Origin: Nannocystales bacterium
GTDB lineage: Bacteria; Myxococcota_A; Polyangia; Nannocystales; Nannocystaceae
NCBI GenBank assembly: GCA_050633305.1
Contig: JBOEGF010000004.1
Span: 352,140 to 416,139, forward strand
Direction: 5' to 3'
DNA length: 64,000 bases
A model generated the notes under the pieces. It ran no database searches. It was given only the letters and a program-made list of their open reading frames with translations, and was not told the DNA's origin. Numbering within the stretch: position 1 is the stretch's first letter; each line of letters starts with the position of its first letter. A program made the position numbers and the translations under genes. Of this stretch, positions 10,065 through 18,573 are shown piece after piece.

Positions 10065-10259
10065 GCCGCTTCGCCCCTGCAAGGTAGGGCTTGCCCTCGC
10101 CTTGTTCAGTCCACGTCCGAGCGCGTGTCCACGCGCCTTCGTCCCCAGCGTGTGTCGAGGGCGGAGTTCTGGTTTCCGCCGATCGCCCCGCGCCGCAATC
10201 AAACTCGGAGGGTCGACACACTGTGTCGGTGGATGGGCCACGCCGCCCAAGAACGACAC

Positions 10260-11720
10260 ATGACCATATTCAGAACAAGCACCACCCTCCTGCTGCTGGC
10301 CTGCGTCTCCATCGTCGGATGTGACGAGGGAGCCCCAGAGCCCGACGCCCCTGACTCGGCCGAAAGCAGCGACGCAGACGAAGACCTGCCGTCTGTATCC
10401 GCCGGCGTCCCCTTCGACCCCGACGCTGTCGATGCGGCGACGCGGGCGGTCTCGACATCGGTCGTCGCGGTGACGTCGGCCGATGGGAAGGCGATTCCGG
10501 CCGACGTCCTCGAGGAAGTCGAAGACATGCGCCTTCGCTTCGCGCATGCCCTCGTCGTGGCAAAGGGCGCGCCGTACTTCGCGGCCCGCTCGGCCGATGA
10601 AGAGCGGATCGACATCACCTATCTCGGAAAGGGCCGCCTTGCGCCGGCCGAGCATGATTTCGAGGGCTCGTTCTACGCGAGCGTCGACACGGAGGCTGAG
10701 CAGCTCGCCCCCTATGAACCTCCGGCGAAGTATCGAGACGATGCCACTTGGGTCACGGGCTTCAACCCTGCCACCCGGTCCGAGTTCGAGGTCCGCATCC
10801 CGAAAGAGCTTTCGGAAATGGTGGGTGCCGATGCTGATGCCCGCCGTGCCAATCGCGAGATCGACCCCCCGTGGACCGACGAAGTCCAGCCTCGCCACCA
10901 GGTCGGAAACGCGGATACGCGGGTGAGAAAAGGCGCCCTCGACACGGCGCAGACCTCGACGAACCTTTCTCGGATCGTGAGGTTTGGATCCGGCAACACG
11001 GGCGCTTCGGGCGTTCTCGTGGGCAAGAACCAGGTTCTCACCGCCGCGCACCGTCTGTATGGATCGGCTGGCTGGAGGAACTCCGCCCGGATTCGAGTCG
11101 GGGCCAACGGAAGCGGCAACCATGGCGATATCTCGCTGGGCAATGGCCTCAACGACAACGCGAATGTGACCTGGACCGCCGATGGTGGTCTCTACTGGGT
11201 CTCGTCGTTGTTCAAGGACGCGAGGGACAACGGCACCAGCACCATTGCCTACGATATCGGCACCGTCGTGCTCCCCAACGACCCGATCGGTGAACCCGTT
11301 GGATGGTTCACGATCGCGGACGCCAGCAACGTGTCCCACGACGACATGCTCAACCGCGGATATCCCAACTGCACGGCCGCGAGCCCACCGCCGGGTTGTA
11401 GCGACCCGGACAACTGGTTCCACATGTTTGGTGACACAAACAACTGCGGCACGGGTGGATTCAGCAGCCAGACAGACTCGTTCGGGTACTCGCTCTACGG
11501 GTACCACTCTTGTGACGCGAGCAGCGGGCACAGCGGGTCACCGCTGTACCGGTATGATCAGAACGACGGATGGGTCGTTCGCGGGGTGCATGTCGGCGTG
11601 CACCGCTACTCGGACCTCCAGAGTCTCTCCAACTCGACGGCGGCTCTCTCGGTCACGCTGATCACCCAGTCCCGCAAGGACCTGTTCGACACCTACAACT
11701 CGATGTACACCTCGCCGTAG
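10260..11720 (+). CDS. Secreted/lipoprotein trypsin-like serine protease (V8/glutamyl endopeptidase-like)
   Basis: Signal peptide with lipobox (MTIFRTSTTLLLLACVSIVGC); catalytic triad motifs VLTAAH, YDIG, GHSGSP; long N-terminal pro-region. The ORF track 5' extension to 9708 overlaps the kinase and was discarded. Confidence 0.85.
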   Translation: MTIFRTSTTLLLLACVSIVGCDEGAPEPDAPDSAESSDADEDLPSVSAGVPFDPDAVDAATRAVSTSVVAVTSADGKAIPADVLEEVEDMRLRFAHALVVAKGAPYFAARSADEERIDITYLGKGRLAPAEHDFEGSFYASVDTEAEQLAPYEPPAKYRDDATWVTGFNPATRSEFEVRIPKELSEMVGADADARRANREIDPPWTDEVQPRHQVGNADTRVRKGALDTAQTSTNLSRIVRFGSGNTGASGVLVGKNQVLTAAHRLYGSAGWRNSARIRVGANGSGNHGDISLGNGLNDNANVTWTADGGLYWVSSLFKDARDNGTSTIAYDIGTVVLPNDPIGEPVGWFTIADASNVSHDDMLNRGYPNCTAASPPPGCSDPDNWFHMFGDTNNCGTGGFSSQTDSFGYSLYGYHSCDASSGHSGSPLYRYDQNDGWVVRGVHVGVHRYSDLQSLSNSTAALSVTLITQSRKDLFDTYNSMYTSP

Positions 11721-11738
11721 GGCGACGAGGTCGACGCC

Positions 11739-12629
11739 ATGTTCGCGCTCGCGCTGCTGCTGATCCTCGGGCTCGAGCCCGCGTCGCTCGAGGCCCCTGA
11801 GGCACCGACCCGCATCTACGGCGGTGAAGCTGTCGACGCGTGCCAGTGGCCCTTCGTGGTCGCCCTCGATCAGACGTGTACGGGGGTGTTGGTGACCCCC
11901 GTGCACGTTCTCACCGCCGCGCACTGCGGCGAGAACATCGAGCACGCGATCTTCGGAGAGACGACCGACCATCCCTCCCACCGGGTAGGCGTGGTCGGCT
12001 GCAGTACCCTGCCCGGCGCGGAGCCGGGCCAAGGCAACGACCTCATGGTCTGCACGCTCGAAACGGTTCAGCCCGTGCCCACCGCGGCACTCCTGCGCCC
12101 TGACGAGGCCGACGCCCTCGAGGCGGACATGCCGGTCGCGCTCGTCGGGTTCGGCGAGACGGACTCCGGGTCGTCCGGCGAGAAGCACGTCACGTGGGCT
12201 GCACTCGGGGAGGAGAACGCCCGCGGCGACCTGCAGATCGGGGGCGACGGACGGGACAGCTGCGTCGGCGACTCCGGGGGGCCCGCCCTTGTGGATCTCG
12301 GCAGCGGGTCGTGGCGCGTCGTTGGCATCGCATCGTACGGCTTCAAGTGCGGCGAAGGCGGGTGGTACACGCAACCTCGCCACCACGCGGAGTGGCTGGA
12401 CAAACAGCTCGACTCGGCGCTGTGCTCGTTCCCCTGGGAGCCGGCGGAGGGGAACTGGGATTCGTACTGTATCCCCGAGACGATTCGCGACGCCGACGCC
12501 TGCGATCTTCTTCAGCACGAGGCGGCGGGATGTAGTGCACACGGGACCCGGCCCGTTGCTCCGCAGGTCTTCCTGCTCCTGTTTGGGCTTGGGGTCTTTG
12601 CCCGAATGCGCTCGTCGACAGCATTGTGA
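11739..12629 (+). CDS. S1 (trypsin) family serine protease with MYXO-CTERM-like C-terminal anchor
   Basis: Signal peptide, activation site RIYGGE, LTAAHC, NDL, DSCVGDSGGP; C-terminus AAGCSAHG...VFLLLFGLGVFARMR. Confidence 0.9.
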   Translation: MFALALLLILGLEPASLEAPEAPTRIYGGEAVDACQWPFVVALDQTCTGVLVTPVHVLTAAHCGENIEHAIFGETTDHPSHRVGVVGCSTLPGAEPGQGNDLMVCTLETVQPVPTAALLRPDEADALEADMPVALVGFGETDSGSSGEKHVTWAALGEENARGDLQIGGDGRDSCVGDSGGPALVDLGSGSWRVVGIASYGFKCGEGGWYTQPRHHAEWLDKQLDSALCSFPWEPAEGNWDSYCIPETIRDADACDLLQHEAAGCSAHGTRPVAPQVFLLLFGLGVFARMRSSTAL

Positions 12630-13037
12630 CCGAGGGGCCCCCCGGCAACCAAGACTCGCATTTACTCCGACCGCGGATACGACATCGCCACATCGCAGAG
12701 TTTGTAGCTGTTGTAGCGGGGAACGAAGCGCTTGAGAACGGCGGGGTCGTGCACGAAGCCGTCCCGCGCGGCAGTTCCTTGAGCCAGGCTCGAATGTGCG
12801 ATTCGAGCAGAGGGATCCTCTTCGATATGAACCTCGTGACCACGGCGTTTGTGGTCCAGTGAAACCCAGCTGCCTGTCGCGACGATGTTTCGCCCAGGCC
12901 CTCGGCGGTCGCCCTCTCGCCGGGGCATGCTCTGCTGAGGACAGACGGAAGAGCGCGACCGAGGCGCTAGGTCCTCCCCTGCACGTGGCCGCGCCGCAGG
13001 CCCCGGTGCCTGGGTGGGTCGCTTCGATCGGCCCTTC

Positions 13038-14081
13038 TCACTCGGTGACCGTCAGGTATGGACGGAGAAATGAAGCGATGGCCGTTCGGGTCTGGTCGGG
13101 GTCGGCGTGGAGGAAGTGGTCGGCACCCGGGATCAGCCGCCACTGTGCGTCGGGGATCGCCGCGACCCAGGCGCGGGATGCCGCCTCGGGCTGCATGTCG
13201 TCCTCGCCGTGGATGACCAGGGTCGGGGAAACGATGCGGCCGAAGAACTCGCGCCAGTCGTGGCGCTGTCCGAGGGAGAAGTACTGAGCTCGGGCCATCC
13301 AAACCCCCGGAGGGTGATCCGCCGGTGGAAGAGGCTCTCCCGTCGCCTCGGCGTACAGCTCCACGAACACCTCGTCGAGAGCCATCAACTGCTCCTCGGT
13401 GCGGTGGAACGCGCCCGGAAGGTCGAGGTATTCGGCTTGCCAGCGGTCGAACTCGGCGCGGCGGGAGTTGGGCAGCCCCTCCCGCATGCGGACGAACAAG
13501 TCGCCGTACGGCGACGGCATCACCAGCAGGTCCGCGGGGGCCAACAGCACCAGCGCCTCGACACGATCCGGGAATTCCGCGGCGTACGAGGCGGCGAGCA
13601 GTCCGCCGTACGAGTGCCCGATGAGGACCAGTTGCTCCTTCCGGCGGACTCGCTCGATGTCGGCGATCTGCTGGCCGAGGCCGAGTTGCCGCTCGAGGGC
13701 CTGGATCCGCGACCAGGTGCTGGCGTCGGGATCGAGCTGGAACCCTGCAGAGGAGTCGCCGCAACCTCGTTGGTGGTAGTAGTGCGTGCGGAGTCCACCG
13801 ACGGCGTCGAGGGCGGGCCAGCTCCGATCGGAGGCCGCACCCGGCCCTCCGGAGATGGCAAGGGCGACTCGGCCATTCCCAGTCTCGAAGTGGCGCAGGA
13901 CGATCCCCGGAGCGACCTCCCAGTCATCGGAGGTCTGCACGGGAGGCTCCAGATCCGCTCGGGCCGAGACGGTCCCTGGGCGGTACATCGCCTGCTGCAT
14001 GATGTGCCGGACCACCAGCACGCCGGCGACCAACGACACGGCGGCCATGCCCACAATCAGCCACGGTTTCGGGGTTTTCAT
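13038..14081 (-). CDS. Alpha/beta hydrolase (proline iminopeptidase-like), N-terminally anchored
   Basis: SGGPG, HQRGCGDS, nucleophile elbow GHSYGG, HGEDD, GADH; N-terminal TM helix. Confidence 0.85.
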   Translation of the reverse strand: MKTPKPWLIVGMAAVSLVAGVLVVRHIMQQAMYRPGTVSARADLEPPVQTSDDWEVAPGIVLRHFETGNGRVALAISGGPGAASDRSWPALDAVGGLRTHYYHQRGCGDSSAGFQLDPDASTWSRIQALERQLGLGQQIADIERVRRKEQLVLIGHSYGGLLAASYAAEFPDRVEALVLLAPADLLVMPSPYGDLFVRMREGLPNSRRAEFDRWQAEYLDLPGAFHRTEEQLMALDEVFVELYAEATGEPLPPADHPPGVWMARAQYFSLGQRHDWREFFGRIVSPTLVIHGEDDMQPEAASRAWVAAIPDAQWRLIPGADHFLHADPDQTRTAIASFLRPYLTVTE

Positions 14082-14374
14082 GGTGTCTCCTGCATCGACG
14101 CGAACCTACGATAGAGCCGACGGAGCGGCTTGACCGTCCGTGCTCTTCACGGTCTGCTCGAGCTCACGGGCTCGTCAGCTCGATGCTTTCGGCGTGCCCC
14201 GCAGCGGCCCGGCGCCGACCGGGTCTCCCGGAGTTCGGCGCCGGGCCAGTCGGCGACCGCGTGCCCGCCTGTCCCGTGGCTGCCCACAGACCCCGGTGCA
14301 CCGACGATCTTCGCGCTTTCGTCGTCGCGCCGCGCCAAGGGCCCCTATAGTGTTCGGCACAGGAGGGAAGTCTG

Positions 14375-14932
14375 ATGGGTTTGTTCGATCGAAAGCGTCC
14401 TGAGGAAGAAGACATCGCACCGCAGCCGGCACCTGCCAAGCCTGCGCCGACGCCCGTGAAGGCGGCGGCGCCCAAGAAGGTCGAGGTGGCGGCCAAGCCC
14501 ATCGTGACCAAGCCCGTCCCCGCCGAACCCGCCAAACCGGCCTATGGAATCCAGAACGCGATCGAGCTGATGCGTCAGCTTCCCAGCGACAACGTGCCGT
14601 TGGTGGTGGAGGTCGTGAAGAAGACGCTGGAATCCCTTCACGTCGACATTCGCAGCATCATTGCCGATGCAGAACGCAAGCGCGCCCGCATCGATGACCG
14701 CGTGGTCAACCTTCAAGCCGAGATCGATGACTTCGAGGAGGAGATTGCGGCCCGCAAAGACGAGATCGAGGCGCTGACCGGCGATCGCGACGAAACCCGA
14801 ACGGTCAAAGAGCGACTCGAACTCGCGCTACAAGGCGCCAAGGGGGCAGCCGCCAAGCCCTCACCCGCTGCATCCCTCCCACCTCCGGGCGGGATTGCTG
14901 CCCAAGCCGGGGTCATCGGATCATCGTCTTAG
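14375..14932 (+). CDS. Hypothetical protein, Pro/Ala-rich N-terminus and coiled coil
   Basis: GGAGG RBS before the ATG and TATAGT upstream; heptad-like E/R/K/I-rich segment; GC3-biased codons. Confidence 0.75.
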   Translation: MGLFDRKRPEEEDIAPQPAPAKPAPTPVKAAAPKKVEVAAKPIVTKPVPAEPAKPAYGIQNAIELMRQLPSDNVPLVVEVVKKTLESLHVDIRSIIADAERKRARIDDRVVNLQAEIDDFEEEIAARKDEIEALTGDRDETRTVKERLELALQGAKGAAAKPSPAASLPPPGGIAAQAGVIGSSS

Positions 14933-15256
14933 GCGGCTGTTGCACGCCTGCATTGGCGGGCGCGTGAGCGCGTTCCGTCGGCGGCGCGACTTCTAGAATT
15001 TCCCGTTGTCATGCTTCCACTCGGAGGTCGGCGCCACGGCCTCGAGGACGCCCTTCCCCTCAGCGAGGGCCCGGTGGATCGGGGCGCAGAAGGTCGCCCG
15101 TTGACCATTGCTCGAGCGCGGAGCCCAGGGCGTGGAGACCAGCTTCGAGACTGGGGCTGTTGTGTGGAGCACCCGGGTACACGTACGCCTCCAGCGGGTC
15201 GCCCATGCCCGTGGGGGTACCACGGGACTGGGGCTCGCTGAGGTAGCCCGGGTCCT

Positions 15257-16213
15257 TCAGCCGCCCTTGCGGAAAGAACTGTCCGGCGTGCCTACGAAAC
15301 AGCCGATGATCCACGGGTACCCATCGGTCACGTAGTAACCATACTCTCCGTCGCGGGTGGTCCCATTGCACTCGTCGAGGTCGCCTGCGCCCGAGAACTC
15401 GTAGTCGTCGACGTAGGTGCCGTCGTAGGTCCCGCCTGGAAACGCGCCCTCGCCTTCCTGGGAGACGCGCTCGCCTTCGCGGAGCGTGTACCCGGACACC
15501 GCTTTTCGAACCGTCCCGCCGTCCTCGATCCACGGGCCGAAGATCGGGAATCCGTCGGCCGCGTACCCGATCACGCCCGAGGCCGCAGCGCCCGAGTCGT
15601 CGTACAGCGCGACCGGGTCACCGTGGTAGTGATACGCACCGTCGGGTTGGGTGTGGGCATTGTGGGCATCGGTCCCGAAGTTCGCCCTTGGACTCATCGG
15701 ATCGTAGCGCCACGGTGTCCCCTCGGACATACAGCCGATCTTCTCCTCGCCCAACGGTTGGTCGCCGATCCCGTAGCAGGCGGCCGCCAGGAGATCGAGC
15801 TTCACGCCGTTGAGGAACACGCCATTGTCGTACTGCAACGATAGCGCCGTGGAGTTCCCCGCCGCGGTCGGGGTCTGCGGCAGCGTGAAGCTTTCGACAA
15901 CCTCGGAGACCGCAGTGGCAAACGCCCCGGTGTCGTTGAAATCGTGGTTGGGGATCCCGTTGCTGGAGAGCACGCAACTCTCCCCCTGCACCTCGATGTC
16001 GACCGTGGCCGAGAAATCCAGGTCCCGGGTCAAGTCCCGTGCAGTCGCTGTGTAGTGCCCGACACGCGCAGCGCAGCTGGCCGTTCGGTCGGAGAAGGCG
16101 GCATCGGTGATGTCGGTGCCCTCCTCTTGCCCGGTGGGGTCGCTGTCGTTGGTGGCACACCCGGCCACCGTGGCGACAACGAGGAGCACGAGAGACTTGG
16201 AGAGAGGAAGCAT
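15257..16213 (-). CDS. YHYH domain lipoprotein
   Basis: Lipobox VAGC; SSNGIPNH, DAHNAHTQPDGAYHYHGDP, IGYAADGFPIFG, GDLDECNG. Confidence 0.88.
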   Translation of the reverse strand: MLPLSKSLVLLVVATVAGCATNDSDPTGQEEGTDITDAAFSDRTASCAARVGHYTATARDLTRDLDFSATVDIEVQGESCVLSSNGIPNHDFNDTGAFATAVSEVVESFTLPQTPTAAGNSTALSLQYDNGVFLNGVKLDLLAAACYGIGDQPLGEEKIGCMSEGTPWRYDPMSPRANFGTDAHNAHTQPDGAYHYHGDPVALYDDSGAAASGVIGYAADGFPIFGPWIEDGGTVRKAVSGYTLREGERVSQEGEGAFPGGTYDGTYVDDYEFSGAGDLDECNGTTRDGEYGYYVTDGYPWIIGCFVGTPDSSFRKGG

Positions 16214-16226
16214 GGGGCCGGGCATC

Positions 16227-16241
16227 GCAAGTCCTATGCCA
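16227..16241 (-). promoter_or_regulatory. Putative sigma-54 (-24/-12) promoter for the YHYH gene
   Basis: Minus strand TGGCATAGGACTTGC: GG-N10-GC with TGGCA and TTGC matching consensus, 13 nt before the ATG at 16213. Confidence 0.65.
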
Positions 16242-16334
16242 GCGAGAGACCAGGATTTCACGCGGGTCCTGCCGGTGGCACACTGCGAGACCTGCAGGCC
16301 CGCTGCCGGACCTGCAGGCGGGAGTACAGCCCGG

Positions 16335-16910
16335 CTAGAAGTAGTAGCGAATCTTGAACGAGAAGTCGCCGTGGGCGAGATCGGGATAGATCAGGTACGG
16401 CGACCAAGATCCCTCGAACATCGTGTCCAAGGGGGCCTTCTTCCAGTGCACGCCCAGGCCGAGGATTGGCGCCCGAATGAACATCGCGGCCCCGCCATCG
16501 CCACAGCGACCCCGGCCCCGACGACGCCCACGCTCGTCGTAGTCGTAGTAGTCGTCGCGGTAATAGCAGCGGTTGGCCCAGAACATCATCCCAACACCGA
16601 GCCCTACGTACGGCAAGAACTCCGCAACGGGGCCGCTCGCCAAAACGCCGGGGTGCCACAAGTAGTCAATGCCAAGACGTCCATCGCCATGGTGCAGCGG
16701 CGCCCATCCGAGGTCGCCTTGCAGGGCATGGTTCGGCGAAAGGAACCCCTTGACCGACAGTCCCATCGGGTCGCCCAAGCTAAGGCCAACGCCGAAGTTT
16801 CCTCCACCGCCACCCGAGAGTTTTTTTCCAGGACTCGGGGCTGCTTCAGCATCGCTGCTGCCCAGTGAGAGTCCAAGACTGACCAAAGAAATGAAGGCGA
16901 AGCGTCTCAT
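16335..16910 (-). CDS. Small outer-membrane beta-barrel-like protein
   Basis: Signal peptide, alternating Gly/aromatic beta-strands (FGVGLSLG, PYVGLGVG), C-terminal FKIRYYF signature. The ATG at 16910 overlaps the upstream stop (ATGA). Confidence 0.7.
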   Translation of the reverse strand: MRRFAFISLVSLGLSLGSSDAEAAPSPGKKLSGGGGGNFGVGLSLGDPMGLSVKGFLSPNHALQGDLGWAPLHHGDGRLGIDYLWHPGVLASGPVAEFLPYVGLGVGMMFWANRCYYRDDYYDYDERGRRRGRGRCGDGGAAMFIRAPILGLGVHWKKAPLDTMFEGSWSPYLIYPDLAHGDFSFKIRYYF

Positions 16911-17356
16911 GCGCATACTTTCCGGTTGTTGGACCCGCCCCCGGTGGAGCGGCAGCTGAAGGACTCGCTCGCGTACTCGTGACAGTAGCCGTCGGGGTCG
17001 TCCTGTGCCTCATCGACGCCCTCGCAGCTGAGGAAGCACATCATTTCGCCGGTCGACTCGAACGGCGCGCAGACCTGTGGACGGCCATCGCATTCGCCTG
17101 CCGCGGCGCAACAGTCCGCGTCCGTCGCACAGGCGTGTGTGCAGTATCCCCCAGGAACCCGGCCGAGGCACTGCACCGCTCCCGCAATCTCCTCGGGATC
17201 AACGTCGCCGTAACAGTCCTCCGGCACGTCGCACGTCGCCCCGGCCGACCCATCGGCTTCGACCCCGCTGTCACCACATGCGACTGAGCAGAGGTACCCC
17301 AGGAGCACGGCCACGGCCACGGCCACGCTGCCCGCTGTTCGTCGAGTCCGCAACAT
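16907..17356 (-). CDS. Cysteine-rich lipoprotein
   Basis: Signal peptide ending SVAC; 14 further Cys in about 120 aa (e.g. GYCTHACATDADCC). ATG 17356 inferred. Confidence 0.75.
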   Translation of the reverse strand: MLRTRRTAGSVAVAVAVLLGYLCSVACGDSGVEADGSAGATCDVPEDCYGDVDPEEIAGAVQCLGRVPGGYCTHACATDADCCAAAGECDGRPQVCAPFESTGEMMCFLSCEGVDEAQDDPDGYCHEYASESFSCRSTGGGSNNRKVCA

Positions 17357-17463
17357 CGTGATTGGACCACCTCGACCTCCGCGATTCCAACTTTTCTTGC
17401 TATGCATTTTCAGTGAGCAAGGCGACACTACAAGCGTCCGTCGGATGCCGTAGAGTCGCGGCC

Positions 17464-18570
17464 GTGCTTCGTCGTCTCGCATCTGCCCTGGCGTGCCTCT
17501 CCCTGTTTGGCTGCGGATCAACCCTCTCGGTGACCCGGATCAACTCGGCCGAAGCCAAGCCCAACAACGTGTGGGTTTTCTTCACCGTCGAGGATGATGA
17601 GGAGCCAGTCGCTGGACTCACAGCCGAGGACTTCGCCATCTACGAGGACGAATCCCTGGTCTCCCCGTTCGAGAGCCAGCAGGTGATTCAAAACCCCGAG
17701 GTCGCGGCGGTCATGTACACGCACCTGCTGCTCGACATGAGTGGAAGCATCACCGAATCCGGGGAGGCGGACGCTGTGGTCGACGCCGCGCACAAGTTCT
17801 CGGAGCGCGTAGGCAAGACCCAAAAAGTGGGTGTATCCGCGTTCGATGGCAGCGAGGACATCGTCCCGGTGGTCCGGTTTACCGAGGCCAAAGGCAGCGT
17901 AGACGGCGGCCTGGATGGCCTGCGGGCGTACAAACCCAAGGATCCCTCGACCAACCTCCACGGTGCGGTGATTCAAGGGCTCGAGACGCTGGACAAGGCC
18001 CTCGCCAAGGACAAACGCCCGTTGAAGTTTGGCACGTTGGTGGTGTTCACCGACGGGACCGACCGAGCGCACCGCGTCACTGCGGAAGAGATGCAAGAGG
18101 TCATGGACGACGAGGCGTACGCGGACTTCGAGATCTACGTGATCGGCGTGGGCGCGGAGCTCGAGGAGGGCGCGCTTCGAGAGATCGGGCGGGACGGAAC
18201 CGAGCTGGCGACGGAGGAGGCCAACGTCGAAGAGGCGTTCACCCGCGTCGCCGACCGCATCGACAACCACGCAAAACGCTTCTACCTGTTGTCGTACTGC
18301 ACCCCGAGCCGTGGCGGCTCGCACACCGTCCGCATCGAAGCTCGCGCGCAGGACAACAACGGCAAACGCACCTCGAAAGGCTCGCTCGAGTATCAGTTCG
18401 AGGCTGAGGACTTCGGGCCGCCGCCGACCTGCAACCCCGAGCGCGCCCCAGACTTCCCGCTCGACAAGAACCTGGATCCAGCCCCTGAGAGCGACGGCAA
18501 GAAGTCTCGTAGCAAAGCCAGCGGATCGTTCAAGGCCGGGTCCGCGCCCAGTCGTCCCGGCGGCGGCTGA
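17464..18570 (+). CDS. von Willebrand factor A domain lipoprotein
   Basis: Lipobox LFGC; MIDAS DMSGS, STNLHGA, VFTDG. GTG start 7 nt after TAGAGT. Confidence 0.85.
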   Translation: MLRRLASALACLSLFGCGSTLSVTRINSAEAKPNNVWVFFTVEDDEEPVAGLTAEDFAIYEDESLVSPFESQQVIQNPEVAAVMYTHLLLDMSGSITESGEADAVVDAAHKFSERVGKTQKVGVSAFDGSEDIVPVVRFTEAKGSVDGGLDGLRAYKPKDPSTNLHGAVIQGLETLDKALAKDKRPLKFGTLVVFTDGTDRAHRVTAEEMQEVMDDEAYADFEIYVIGVGAELEEGALREIGRDGTELATEEANVEEAFTRVADRIDNHAKRFYLLSYCTPSRGGSHTVRIEARAQDNNGKRTSKGSLEYQFEAEDFGPPPTCNPERAPDFPLDKNLDPAPESDGKKSRSKASGSFKAGSAPSRPGGG

Positions 18571-18573
18571 GCA

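Noticed and set aside
9708..10259. N-terminal extension of the 670-aa protease ORF
   Set aside because: Overlaps the kinase 3' end and a hairpin; the signal peptide begins at ATG 10260.
6488..13037. Active integrative element or prophage at tRNA-Arg
   Set aside because: No integrase, transposase, phage genes or duplicated tRNA 3' end seen; kept only as a weak decayed-island finding.
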